The position numbers and the translations under genes are program-made. A stretch of DNA of 43,847 bases from assembly GCF_001194135.2 (NCBI RefSeq), contig NC_068996.1, forward strand, positions 35,735,181-35,779,027, given 5' to 3'. Of this stretch, positions 22,509 to 35,169 are shown one piece after another. Numbering within the stretch: the stretch's first letter is position 1; every line of letters starts with the position of its first letter. The notes under the pieces were generated by a model that saw only the letters and a list, made by a program, of their open reading frames with translations, was not told where the DNA came from and made no database searches. The stretch comes from Octopus bimaculoides (lineage: Eukaryota).

Positions 22509-22714
22509 CCCTTTAGCATTTAAACTGGCCATATCCAGCTCAAATTTTCTATCTGTTTTATGTTTAAACTGGCCATATGTGACCTCTCATACCGACCCTC
22601 CGATGTCACTAAAATTTAACAGTTACCTTATCAATATCTCAATGCTATATGATAATGCAAGATTAATTAAAGACGTGAATAACTAAACATTAGAATAATA
22701 TAAATGCTAAAGGA
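22509..22714. mobile_element. piggyBac-type MITE inserted into a SINE head
   Basis: TTAA|CCCTTTAGCATT ... AATGCTAAAGGA|TTAA, with TSD at 22505-22508 and 22715-22718. The flanks rejoin as GAGCCAAGTACC-TTAA-CCACTAAGCC. Confidence 0.85.
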
Positions 22715-22779
22715 TTAACCACTAAGCCATGTGCCTTCTTCATCCCTGATGTAATAATAAAAAGAAGACCCAACAATCA

Positions 22780-23820
22780 CAGGTAATGCAGTTCTATATT
22801 TAAGAGATGAGGAATTATTTACATTATTTACATCATTTACATTTTATAGATATTTGTCCTCATCTTGTTTGCTGTTAACACGTTTCGGCTGATATACCCT
22901 CCAGCCTTCATCAGGTGTCTTGGGGAAATTTTGAACCTGGGTTCTCATTCCTAAGGTATTTTTTGATGTCATTATTCCACTGCCTGGAATCAAACTCGGA
23001 ATCTTGGGGTTAGTAGCCCGTGCTCTTAGCCACTACGCTATATGCCCGTAGGCAATTATGGAGTGAATTTTAGGGCTTATAAATCTAATATTCTCCTATC
23101 CTTCCTTAATACCGGTTCCCATATGCTGCTCATATCTGCACTCAGTCTGCTTAGGAGGTTCTTGTGTCCTAGCATATGTGCTGCTTCTTTTAGTCTTCGT
23201 ATTTTCCAGTGGTGTTCTCTATTATTTTAACTTCATCCCACAGGGGGAGGTGGTCTCCATTTTTCCATACATGATCAGCTATACCCGATTTATCAATATC
23301 TCCTCATGTCACAGCTTTGCGATGTTCTTCTACCCTTATTTTGAGGGGGCGGATGTTTCGCTTTTGTATAACCTACCATCACTGCATGGGATGGAATACA
23401 CGCAGTCTTTGGTCATATTCTCTTCTTTTGGTGGTTTTACTCGAAGGAGATATTTGCGAAGTGTTGTATTACTCTTGAATACTGTCCTGATGTCATATGG
23501 GCCACATATCTTTTGTATCTTTGCGGAGAGGTCTTTCACATAGGGTAGACAGACTGTGGACAGTTTATTGGTTTCATCCTCTCTTTTCTTCATGATTGGA
23601 GTGGAGAGTATGTTTTTGGGGTAGTTGTTACTTAATAGATTGTTACTGAGCTTGATCATTTCTTCGTGGTGGGTATCACGATTGCTACTTATATTCATTG
23701 CTCGATGTTTTAGGCACTGAGCAATCCCTCTCTTTACACTGTATGGATGGTGGGAGTATAGATTCAGGACATCCATATACCACAAACTGACCTTCACTGG
23801 ATGATACAGGGTCTCCACAA
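22780..23820 (-). mobile_element. 5'-truncated Penelope-like element: RT C-terminus, GIY-YIG endonuclease remnant and terminal repeat
   Basis: HHPYSVKRGIAQCLKHRA...VCLPYVKDLSAKIQKI...KDCVYSIPCSDGRLYKSET, then a frameshift, then a GIADHVW-type tail and stop at 23077-23079. Terminal repeat spans 22780-23075. Confidence 0.88.
22877..22919 (-). ncRNA. Minimal hammerhead-like motif in Penelope terminal repeat (3-nt deletion at the cleavage triplet)
   Basis: GACAC-CUGAUGA-A-GGCUG(10 nt)CAGCC-GAAAC-GUGUU. Confidence 0.45.
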
Positions 23821-24357
23821 AACATGGGAATCAAGAATAAATAACTTGCATTTCACTGAATTGATTTGAGGTGAATAATCATTTTGATCTTGTATTTATG
23901 TTTTGTAAAACACCCCATTAAAGTGGTTAAGAGAGTAAGACAAAGGAGAAGCTTTTGCAAGAAATTTGACAAGAATCAGTGGATTTTTTTTGTGTATAAA
24001 TGTTTTTAGTATTTATTCACTGTTAGCTTCTAGTATTGACTGAAGACAGTGTTAAGGGTGGAAGTTAGGCTATACAGAGATTATCAGGTGATGTAGTAAG
24101 GTCGGGTAGTTACTGCATGGATTATGAAGGTGGTGAAAATATGTCAGCAGCTGCTGTTTATCTGTTACTCAAAATGAAGGAAAAAAATTTGTTTAATAGA
24201 ATATACTTGAAATCCTTGATTTGCCAGTCTAGAAAAGTAGAGAGGTTACTGTGAATCTTCAGCTTAATTTGGTCATTAAGTGTTCAGTAGAACCTATTTG
24301 AAGCCTGTGAAGTATGAGGGTGGAGGGTCATATGACTTGATGAAATTGACTTACATA

Positions 24358-24630
24358 TGGTAGACAGAAACTGAAAGAAGCCTGTCATATATATGTATAT
24401 ATATATATATGTGTGTGTGTGTTTGTGTGTCTGTGTTTGTCCTCCTAGCAATGCTTGACAACCGATGCTGGTGTGTTTATGTCCCTGTCACTTAGCGGCA
24501 AAAGAGACTGATAGAATAAGTACTAGGCTTACAAAGAATGAGTCCTGGGGTCGATTTCCTCGACTAAAAGTGGTGCTCCAGCATGGCTGCATTCAAATGA
24601 CTGAAACAAGTAAAAAAAGTAAAAAAAAGT
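24358..24630 (+). mobile_element. tRNA-derived SINE, 3' half
   Basis: Matches the SINE family body and the tail TGACTGAAACAAGTAAAA. Confidence 0.8.
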
Positions 24631-24679
24631 AAGTTTATCAAAAACACTTGTCTTGCATTCTTTGGTTGACACTGGAAAC

Positions 24680-25200
24680 CAGAATTCACACAAAAGTGCA
24701 TATTTTTCAAGTGCTCATCCAGACCTTCCTTATCTATGGGTGCGAATCGTAGCTATTGAGAGCTGAAAATCTCTGAAAACTTAAAAGTCTTTGATCACTA
24801 CTTCCTACGTTGAATTCTGTGTGTTTGTTCATTGGACTTCATTTCTAACCCCAAATTATGACAATGCTGTTGTATCAACTCTCTGCAACAAGCTCTACTC
24901 ACAAAACGTCTAAAGTAGCTTGATCAAACTCTCTATCGGTGTGCAAGGGAATTTATTTGCAAGGTGGTCAACCCAACTCTCCTCTCAGGCTGGTGCAAAC
25001 GAGCTGGAGAACAACTGAAGATGTGGCTGGTGACAATAAAGGTGAATGTGGAAACACAATTGGGTCCCTGCGTCTATGGTCTTCAGCTGTGGAATCAGAA
25101 GTGGGTATCCAGTACAGTCTTGACTGTGGCTAACCATTGGATGTGGTGAGCATTTGTGAAGGACATAGCAAACTCTTTGATTGGAGTTGGCTCAACCGTC
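24680..25200 (+). mobile_element. RTE-clade LINE remnant, distinct subfamily
   Basis: TKVHIFQVLIQTFLIYGCES*...LKVFDHYFLR*IL...WCKRAGEQLKMWLVTIK...LGPCVYGLQLWNQKW. Confidence 0.7.
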
Positions 25201-25303
25201 TGGGTGAATACCCCTCAAATACAATTAATAGGATGTCAACATCACTGCTGAAAAGATTAAGGAGTAACATATTGGGTTATTAGTACAATGGCCATATTGT
25301 TAA

Positions 25304-25523
25304 CCCTTTAGCATTTAAACTGGCCATATCCAGCCTAAATATTCTACCTGCTTAATGTTGAAACTGACCAGATCTGGCCTCTCACACCTACCCAACAATG
25401 TCTTTCTAAAGTAAACAATCACATCTTTGAAATCTCAAAGCTGCAAAACAATGTATAATTAATTCAAAACAATGTAAATAAATAAGCAATGCACTTTGGT
25501 AGAGAAATCTGAATGCTAAAGGG
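25304..25523. mobile_element. piggyBac-type MITE, same family as 22509-22714
   Basis: TTAA|CCCTTTAGCATT ... AATGCTAAAGGG|TTAA. Confidence 0.88.
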
Positions 25524-26814
25524 TTAAACATGAAATTAATTTCAGGTGGTAGAACAGTGGGGTGGCACTGGGTGGTGTGGTCTATAGCAGTGTAGTGTTT
25601 GGGTGGTGTAGTGCTTTAATTTTTGGGGATGAGAAACTCATTTAGATTGGTTCTCCAAAACCTTGATTTTCAGGAAAAGAACCAGGTTTTGGCTGCTCCT
25701 CTTGAACTTTCAACTTCAGTTGCAGAATGTCATTTATGCTGCTATTCCTCAAATGTGATCCTTTTTTTTCACCCATTCATTAACTATTTTCTTTCTTTTC
25801 CTTCATTCTTTGTTTGCTTTGTTTTTATTTTTAGTTATATTCTGCTATTTATGCATTAGTTACAACTGAAAAGGAGAAATGTAATAAATAAATAAAGACT
25901 GAAATTTGAATAGATTAACATTTTCATTTTAAATTGATTTTGAATTTTCAATATCAGTGTTATTCCATGTATTCAAATTTAGATGGATGAATCAGAGATG
26001 TTTTTTTTAAAAATCTGAAATTTAACTCCACCACCAACACACACACACACACACACACACAAAAATATTAAGCTGAAGTTTTTGTTATTTAAATTATAGT
26101 CTTTAGAGAAATGGTAGTACCAGTAGCCTTCATGGTTGACCCAAGCAGCAGAAATTGTTGTTGTTGACATTTTCTGCATATGGTGCTTGTGAAACAAAAA
26201 TAATGGCATAGTTTCAGAATGTTTCAGCTCTAGGATTAAAGTTTATTTTGGGTACACTGTTGTTTAATCCTAGATCAGTCTTAATCCAGAAGCCTGATCT
26301 AGGTGATTCTTCATTTGCTTGCTTTGTGTCTTCATAGTCTTCACAAGTCTTCAGCACTCAAGGCCCATGTCTCACTTACCATGTAGTACTGCAGTTCTAA
26401 CAAAAGCAATCTAATGGTGAGATTTTTGTTACCAGCAGCTTTCTAAACTTTTTCCAATTTATTCTCACCTTGGCAATAGAATCTATCAATTACTAATGAA
26501 CTAGCTGGGTATTTCTGAAAGTCTGTTTTATTTTGGCATGATTTCTACAGCTTGATGCCCTTCCTATTGCCAACCATTTTACATGGTGTATTTGATGCAT
26601 TTTAGTGTCCTCAGTCCTAGAAATATTGTCTCGTGTAGGAGGATCAAGAAGTCCTCTCTATCCTGTTTCAGTTCTTATATAGAGTAAAAGCCCTCTTCCA
26701 TGAATGAATTGCTTTTGTCTGATATGGTCCTTTGTCTTGCTACACTACCCACAATAAACACTAAAAGCATACTGGAAACAGACTTCATAAATATCCATCT
26801 CTTTCATCAGAAGT

Positions 26815-27200
26815 AGTTGATAGATCCTGTTACCTAGGTGGTGTAATTTGCAGAGGCAGTGGTTTTCCAGATAGTAACCAAGGTAAGAATAGATTGGAAA
26901 AAGTTAGAGAAAGTGCTGGCAATGAAAATCTCACTCAGAGTGATAGGCAGACTGTATGATGCTTGTATTATAACTGTAATGCTGCATGATAGTGAGACAT
27001 GGGCCTTGAATGTTGAAGACTAGAAAGAAATGAAGCAAGCATATTCTGTTGGATGTGTAATGTTGGTGTACATGAACATCAAGGTACAAATGAGCAGAGA
27101 GAGAAATTGTGTATAAGGGAAATCTGGTGTTGTGTACAAGAAAGGAGGCTTTGTTAATATGGGTATGTGATGTGTATGGAAGATGATTGCAGATGAAGGA
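26815..27200 (+). mobile_element. Degenerate RTE RT C-terminal fragment
   Basis: RIDWKKLEK...LRVIGRLYDACI*TVMLHDSETWALNVED pattern. Confidence 0.65.
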
Positions 27201-27684
27201 GGCCTATGAAGAATTTACAGTATTTTGTTAAGGTTATTTCTACTAGCACTGATTTTTGCTGTCAGATGTCAGATGTCTTGATGTCAGATGTCTTGATACG
27301 AATTGTAGCAAGAAATCAGTGCTGGCTGTGATTTCTATAGAATATTTGTAGAAATAACTTCAACAAAATAATGAGATGAAGTGGTCTCATGGCGACTGTA
27401 TTACTTAGTGGTATGCTATGCTACTGAAGGCATGACCACCCCACTGACAGCCATTGTGCTTAAAGGCTGAGATATCTTTTACCTTACCAAGCTTACATTT
27501 GTTGTCCCTACATTTTGTATTCTTGCTCCCACCCCCATGCCATTTACCTGTTACTCCCTCACTGTTCATGTGTCTTCTTTTCACTCACAGCCCCACTTCC
27601 TCATGTCCCTACCTTCTGCTGACTACACCATCCTCATCACTCTGACCTCCTCTCCCTTCACTAGACCTCTGTATATATATACTT

Positions 27685-28305
27685 TTATTCTCTTATTTGT
27701 TTCAGTCATTTGACTATGGCCATGCTAGAACACCACCTTAAAAGGTTTTAATCCAACAAATCGACCCCAGGACTTCTTTATTCTTTTTAAGCCTAGTACT
27801 TATTTGATTGGTCTTTTTTGCCAAACCACTAAGTTATGGGGATGTAAAAACACCAATACTGGTTGTCAAGTGGTGATGAGGAGACAAACACAGGCACAAA
27901 GATACACATATGTATACATATATACATCTAGCTGTAAAAACCATGCCAGAACTGACACTGTTTTTGCTTGTGCTGTGCAATAAGCACTCAATTGACTCTT
28001 CTGGGTGTTTAGTGTTAGGAAGGGCATCCAGCCATAAAATCCTGCCAAAACAGACATAGAAGTCTGGTGCCAGCTCCTGCCTGGCTGGCTCCTATCAAAC
28101 CATCCAACCCATGCCTGCGTGGAAGGCGGATCTTAAATGATGATGATATATATATTTCAGTTTCCCTCTACCAAATCCACTCACAAAGTTTTGGTCAGTC
28201 TGAAGCTATCCTAGAAGGCACTTGCCCAAGGTGCCACACAGTGGGACTGAACCCAGAGCCATGAGTTTGGGAGGCAAGTTTCTTATCACACAGCCACGCC
28301 TGCAG
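27685..28305 (-). mobile_element. tRNA-derived SINE (27685-27920 and 28150-28305) with a nested + strand RTE-3'UTR fragment (~27930-28146)
   Basis: The SINE halves are collinear around a block ending GGAAGGCGGATCTTAAAT(GAT)n. Confidence 0.7.
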
Positions 28306-28699
28306 CTATGTATATTTATATATATAAGAGCTTGCATTGGCCCACCCTAACCTCCTTACTCAATGCACTCAAACTTTACTCTTCTGTACTGCTAGCTCAC
28401 AGTCCCTCTTCTGGGCTACCTTTGTTGCTGCCCATCACCAATCTTCTTTCTGTCTCATTACCAGCCATTATCTTTGTCCACCTCTGCTATTACCAGTCAC
28501 TCTCCTGCCAGCCCCATCCTCAAGTATTTCAGATTTTCCCATCATACATATACTTGCTCCTTCCACCTACCTGCTCATTCTAATCCTCCTTGTGTCATTC
28601 CACCATTCCTCCTCCTCATATTCTCCTCCTTGGTCTTCTTGCTTAACGTTATTAAATGCTTTCTACATTTACTGTGTACAAAACACCCAAGGCAGTAGG

Positions 28700-29068
28700 A
28701 AGAACATATAGTTGTTGGAACTAAGCTAAACGACGTTGATGAGCATCAGGGTATGGGAGCAGTGGCTCCTGATAAGAAAGTCTTGGAAGTTCTTGGGTTC
28801 TGTAGGTTTGTGAGCTGCATGGTGTCTTCAATAATGCTGGTAGCACAGGAAGAGCATCCGGGTATAGAAAACATAACAAAGCGGAGAGTGGAGCGTGATC
28901 CATTCTTTGAACCCAGAGCTGGTCCCAGGAACTTTTTAAAGGGAGGGCACAAGGTCAGAAAGGAATACAATTCCAGGAAAAACGGGTGTAATACCCTTAT
29001 TTAGAAGGGTGCACTCCCCTTGGCCCCATTGGATCCTTGTCAAAGCATAGAATGTGGACATTAAATGA
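28700..29068 (+). mobile_element. RTE LINE 3'UTR-type fragment
   Basis: Ends in GCATAGAATGTGGACATTAAATGATG, the family tail. Confidence 0.45.
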
Positions 29069-29486
29069 TGTATATATGCAAATGTGCATACATACGTGCA
29101 CGCATACATGCACCTACAGGGGACATTAATGCTGAAAGAGACAGCCTAGACAAAAGACATAAAATTTTACATATTTCCACTTTTGTTTCTTTTAAAAACT
29201 TTTTTGGTAGATGGAGAAGTTGAATGGTGGAAAAATCCTAGAATACATGTTTTCAAGATATGATCTCTTAAATATCATATCTTGATAAAAGATGAAGTGA
29301 AGAGTTTATCATTTTACTAAAAATTCTGAAAAAAAAAATTTTCTTTCTTTTATTTTAATTTACTTATCTTTTTTTTGTGATATCTTTCTTTATTGAAACA
29401 TTTTTGATGAATATTATCTATTTCTTACCATTTTAAAAATAAAATATCAAACTTATAGACATACATGCATGCACATGTGCGCATGC

Positions 29487-29527
<41 letters not shown>

Positions 29528-29791
29528 CACACACACATTGGCCTGCCTCTTTTTCATGCTTGCACAGGTCAGACAGAATCTGTTGAGGCAGATTTTCTAT
29601 GGTCAGATGACATTCCTGTCACCAACGTCCACCAAGTAAAATAATAAATAATATTTTTCCATAGCTAGACATGATATTCATGGATCACTGGAAACAAACA
29701 ACCCTCTTTGTATGACAATGACACTTATTTAGTGCCATCATGTCATGTGTAAACAAGGGTATGCACGCATGCACACACATGTGCATGTGTA

Positions 29792-30677
29792 AGTTCTCGG
29801 ACTAGTTATATTTAATAAAAAATAACTTATTTACCTAAGTTTTAACATCATCTCTTTTGAAATAGTTACCTTGCGCAGCAATACATTGGTTCCAGCATTC
29901 TTGCCACCTTTGAAATCTGGCCTGGAAGTTATTTTCCATATGCAAGTTGATGACCTTCTTGCGATTCGCTCCTTATCTCGACAATGGTGTTAAAATGGTG
30001 GCCTTTGAGCTGTATTTTCATCTTGGGGAAGAGATGGAAGTCTGCAGGTGCTAAATCTGGCAAACAGAGTGGGTGTGGAAGTGATACCATGTTGTTTTTG
30101 GCAAGAAACTCACAAATGAGAACTCGGTGACAGGGTGCATTGTCATCATGAAGAATCCAATTCTTTGTGCTCCACAGATCTGGTTGTTTTCACCAAATGT
30201 CCCCTCTCAAATGCTTCAAGACATCATAGTACAACTCTCAATTGATGGTCTGACTCTGGGGAGTGAATTCTTGAAGCATAATACTGCAAATGTCAAACAA
30301 AAAAAATCAGCATTCTCTTGATAGTGCTGAAACTCTGTTGTGCCTTTGAAGCACTCATGCCACTTGAAACATTGCATATGACCCATTGCCTCATCACCAT
30401 AAGCTTGTCAAAGCATGCTCAATGTCTCTGTAACAGACTTCCCAAGTTTAATGAAAAACTTCATGTTGGCTCTTTTTTTGTTACTGTCTACAACAAAAAT
30501 TGCAGACTGCAGCATACATGTGATCACAAAAACACAAATTTCACAACTTGCAAAGTATACACAGCAATGTCACTCGGTATACTGCCTCTGGAAGGTCACT
30601 GCTAGCTCTCACTGCACACGCAACTGTATTGGCACACTACAGAACTAGTCTGGAAACTTTTTGATACTACCTCATAT
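29792..30677 (-). mobile_element. Internally deleted mariner element
   Basis: Minus strand reads NMKFFIKLGKSVTETLSML...CFKWH...WILHDDNAPCH...PDLAPADFHLFPKMK. Intact TIR TGAGGTAGTATCAAAAAGTTTCCAGACTAG at the right end; the left TIR is partial. Confidence 0.85.
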
Positions 30678-30794
30678 ATGTATGCATAGATGTATATATG
30701 TATGCACGTATGCATATACTTGTATGTAGGTGTATATGTATGTGTATGCATATATGTGTGTGTGTATATGTGTGTGTGTGTATANNNNNNNNNN

Positions 30795-30865
<71 letters not shown>

Positions 30866-31017
30866 ATGTATGTATGTATGTGTGGATATAAATATATCTA
30901 TCACCATATCTACTCACAGTGCTTTGGTTGACCCAATGCAGTGTGACTGAACCCAAGACCACATAGTTGGGATGCAGGCTTCTTAACCACATAACAACAC
31001 TTGTATATATTTATCTT

Positions 31018-31214
31018 ATCTTTTACTTGTTTTGGTCACTAAATTGTGGCCATGCTGGAGCACAGCCTCGAAGAATTTTTAGTTGAATGAATCGACCCCA
31101 GTACATATTTTAAGCTTGGCATTTATTTTATCAGTCACTTTTGCCAAGCTGCTAAGTTACAGGAACATACACACACCAACACTGGTTGTCAAGCGATGGT
31201 GGGGGACAAATACA

Positions 31215-31267
<53 letters not shown>

Positions 31268-31448
31268 AGAGGATGCACTTCTTTCNNNNNNNNNNCACAC
31301 GCACACAGAGAGGATGCACTTCTTTCAGTTTTCTATCTACTAAATCCACTCACAAGGCTTTGATTGGCCCAAGGCTATAGTAAAAGACATTTGCCCAAGG
31401 TGCCATGCTGTAGGACTGAACCTGAATCCATGTGATTAGGATGCAAGC
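31018..31448 (-). mobile_element. tRNA-derived SINE, near full length (extra head fragment at 30910-30990)
   Basis: Reverse complement of the family sequence. Confidence 0.8.
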
Positions 31449-31639
31449 TTCTTTACCACACAACCGTGTCTAATTGATCGTTTTTCTTGCTTTTTATCTA
31501 CAGATATAGTATTACTTTCTTTTTGAGACTATATCAATTGAATATTAGAGTTATTGATTTTTATCAATACTGGGAAATAGTGAAAAACTGGATTTGTTTT
31601 TAGAACAGAGAGAGTGAAAGAGAAATACTGATATGAACA

Positions 31640-32610
31640 TAGCTGTCAGAAACTGATGCAAGAGGAAGTGCATGCTTCAGCTGAGGAAGAACAAGTAGAG
31701 CAGTAGTAATATGGAAATGGCTCCTGAATGAAGTGGAAACCAGTGATTGAGCAGAATGTCACTTACCAGGACATCTGGAAGTGGAACCCACAAAGGATCA
31801 AGTTCTTGATGCAAAATGGGAGTGGGGGAGGGGTCTATTAGGTTGTCTCCAGCCTTTCTAATAATTTTAGATGGGACATAGTATAAATAACGACATACCT
31901 CCTCATGTTCTAAGATAGGGACCCTCTAACACAATATGAAAGTTCTGTTCCAGGCATTAAATGAGGGGCATGCTATCTCTGCTGGTATGACCAGAGTCTC
32001 AAGATCTTTGCAGGCACAGTCAGCATGGAAATTAGTGACTCCAAAAATAATTATCTTCCAATCAGAAAGACTGCCTTTGTTCAGTAGGGAGGAGAGTGAC
32101 TAAGTAAAAAACCTAAGAACTACTTTGATGTTTGGTTTGCTTTGTATGCCATGTCACTGGGGGATGATGTAGACTGAGCTGAGTTGGAGAGGCCAATATA
32201 CAATTTTCATTGTATATTGTCTGGTTTTCGTTAAAATCAGATATCTTGGTTTCTGATACTCTGAGAGAAAAGGATGGAAGCGGTGCAATAGTAGCAGTGG
32301 AAGAAGTACTAGAATTACTGCTGAAAGAGATGGATGTGGGTAGTCTAGAGTTCACAGGTTGTTCATTTAGCAAGGTCTATGGAATCCTGAACATTGCAAG
32401 AGTGAGTAGAAGAGCCACCAAGAACAGTGTAGGGGCTTCAGAAATAGCATCAAGATGGCTGTGACTTGAAAAAGAGGTGACCAGTGAGGTCAATAGATTG
32501 TCAGTCACATGGACGTGGTTCTTGGCTTGATCAGCCTTAGATGAGGGTGTATGTTGCAAAACCTGAAATATTCTGACTACAAGATAAAATAGTAAATGTG
32601 TGATGTTTTG
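31640..32610 (+). mobile_element. Decayed 3' end of a Hero/NeSL-like (restriction-like endonuclease) non-LTR retrotransposon
   Basis: RKLMQEEVHASAEEE; VIEQNVTYQDIWKWNPQRIKFLMQ; WYDQSLKIFAGTVS...KTAFVQ; SFSKVYGILNIARVSRRATKNSVGASEIASRWL*L; then a 3'UTR with GATGAGGGTGTATGTTG. Confidence 0.65.
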
Positions 32611-32817
32611 GACTAATGAGTATATGTCAGCTAGTGAGCTGATGTGTTGAGTAAAGCACTAGAACAGTTTGGGCTACCTGGTGTCATCTGCAATTAGGGT
32701 GTATTCCAGGTGGATCTACTTCAGGAATTCCGCAGTGTTGAAATAATAATTGATTAACGGAACAGAAGATGGATTTGGTGTTAGTCTTTATTCTGTATAA
32801 TGATCATTTCGACTCAT

Positions 32818-32849
<32 letters not shown>

Positions 32850-33080
32850 NNNNNNNNNNNNNNNNNNNNNNNNNNNNNNNNNNNNNNNNNNNTATATATA
32901 AGTTGTAATAATGAAGTCAAACCAAATATTGATATTCTGAAATCATTTAATATGTACATTTCAGATCTGGTTCTATAGTAGAAGATATGTGCCAAGCAGT
33001 GGGAATGAACAGGAACCATGTGGTTGGGGAGTGTACTTCTTATCACACAGCCACGCCTGTACCTATACTTACATATATTC

Positions 33081-33112
<32 letters not shown>

Positions 33113-33199
33113 ACACGCACACACACACACACACACATATTATTCTGCAGAGGCAGAGCTGGCAAGTGTGGGTGCTGGGTGAATAAAGTGGGGCCCTGT

Positions 33200-33460
33200 T
33201 AATGATGGTCTATTCGATGTTGGGGGTTTCATTCTGAAGGTTGTGTCATCTCCAGATGAAATGAAAGAAAAGTGCATATGCTATGTGTACCTTTTCTTGA
33301 AGTCATTGACCAACATGCCAATATAGTGGCTTGTGATGCCTGTGTGGGTGGCTCTGAAAACTACAGCGCATGAAAGGCAGGATCCTCCTATAGGGCAGCT
33401 TGTAAGGTTTCAGTGGTTACAAATTGAAGTTAGAGGTTGTTTGCATGTTTGTGTCTGTTG
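33200..33460 (-). mobile_element. GIY-YIG endonuclease remnant of a second Penelope-like lineage
   Basis: SCPIGGSCLSCAVVFRATHTGITSHYIGMLVNDFKKRYT*H fits the C-x-C...CPLxGxCL...VY...YIG...FKxR pattern. Confidence 0.6.
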
Positions 33461-33559
33461 TACCATGTAATGTTAGAAGTGATGTTATCTGAGCAGGTGT
33501 AGCTCACCTTGATATTATGAGGCTTGATAAACTTTTCAGTTGCCTCTCACATGTCTGCA

Positions 33560-34200
33560 TTTCATTCAGCATCAGGTGCTAGTAATGCAATATTTGGAGT
33601 TATCCAGCATGTTAGTATCCTCAACCCACTGGTATATTGTGTCCAACTCCTCTCACAGGTGCACAACATCTCCAGAGTCCTCCATTCTCTGGAAGACTTT
33701 TGCATTGTCTGCATAGCTAGCAAAGGTGGTTATTTGAGCAGCAGAGGGCATGCCTGAGAAGGCCACTATGAATAGCAGTGGGCTTAAGACAGTGCCCTGT
33801 GGAACACCAATCACTATTTATGTTTTCTTAGAGGTGGCTCCATTGGCTACCACTGCCTGACTTTTACCTTTTAAAACTTCTTGTAGCCACTCTCCAAGTT
33901 TTCCAACTATACGAAGGTCACACAGCTTGTGACATATATCATGGTTTTGTTTATGAAAGGCTTTTGCAAAGTAGAGATATATTATGTCTTCATTTGAGTT
34001 GTTGAGCAGCTGCTTTAACACACAGTTAACTTTTGTCAGGCAACTTTTGTCAGGCAACTTTTGTCAGGTTCAAAATCATACTGGTTGTCAGTCAGCAAGT
34101 CATTCTCTTCAAGGAAGGCAGTTACTTTCTGTTTAACTATATGTTCCATGACTCTGATGATGGTCTGAGAGATAGGCTTATAGTTTTTAGTATCTAAAAC
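33560..34200 (-). mobile_element. CR1/L2-like reverse transcriptase remnant
   Basis: NYKPISQT..RVMEHIVKQK..FLEENDLLTDNQYDF..KSCLT..DIIYLYFAKAFHK..GVPQGTVLSPLLF..YADNAKVF. Confidence 0.85.
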
Positions 34201-34224
34201 TATAGGCCTATATATATATGTGTG

Positions 34225-34258
<34 letters not shown>

Positions 34259-34262
<4 letters not shown>

Positions 34263-35168
34263 AGTTGGACAAAATAATGGAAATACCTAGCATTATAGCA
34301 TCATAATTTTTAAATATCTATAAAACCGTCAAAAGCTTGTTTATTTTTCGTTTCTGATTTTTTATTAGTGTTGTTTAATGTTTTGCTAAAATTGCTGTTT
34401 CTTTTCATATATCATCAGAGAAAGGTAATTAAAATTCATTAAAATCTCAGATCTATTGGACTTTTAAAGATGTCAAATTGTTGGTGCTTGTATGGCAGGT
34501 GCTAGCGTCATGAAAACAGCCGAAATGTTTGGTGTATCAAGAAGTATTGTCTCGAAAGTAATGACAGCCTTTGAGAAAGAGGGAAAAACTTCCACATTGA
34601 AACAAAACTCCGGGAGGAAGCCAAAACTTTCAGATAGGGACCATCGGACTCTTACGTGAATTGTTAGAAAGGATCACAAAAGTACAGCTCACAAAATTAC
34701 TGCTGAGCTTAATGACCACCTTGAGAACCCAGTTTCCACAAAAACTGTTCGCTGGGAGCTGCCCAAAGCCATATTTCAAAAACAAATGTTGCAAAGCATT
34801 TAGAGTGGAGTAAAAACCTACAGAAATGGTCCCTAGAGCAGTGGAAGAATGTTATTTTCTCGAATGAGTCATCCTTCACCTTATTTCCGACCACTGGCCG
34901 AGTATACATGTGGAGACAGCCAAAAGAAGCATTTGACCTAGACTGCCTTCTTTCAACTACTAAACATGGAGGAGGATCTGTGATGATCTGGAGGCTATAT
35001 CTTGGAAATCCGCCAGCCCAATGGTTTCCCTTCATAGCAGAATTAATGCTCAAGACTATATAAGCATTTTATCTGATCAAATTCATCCTATGTTTGCGGA
35101 ACTGTTTCCGGAGGAAAAAGCAATCTTTCAGAATGATAGTGCATCAATTCACAGCTAAAATTGTTACT
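34259..35168 (+). mobile_element. 3'-truncated Tc1 transposon (left TIR plus transposase pseudogene)
   Basis: TIR-like CAGGAGTTGGACAAAATAATGGAAATAC. QIVGACMAGASVMKTAEMFGVSRSIVSKV...SGRKPKLSDRD...WKNVIFSNESSF...KHGGGSVMIW...FQNDSASIH. Confidence 0.88.
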
Positions 35169-35169
35169 G

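Noticed and set aside
31255-31325. Direct duplication either side of a 10-N gap (similar at 2400-2490 and 30770-30810)
   Set aside because: Most likely unmerged contig overlap, an assembly artefact.
34027-34068. 14-bp triplication CAACTTTTGTCAGG
   Set aside because: Local slippage inside a dead CR1-like RT, with no sign of function.
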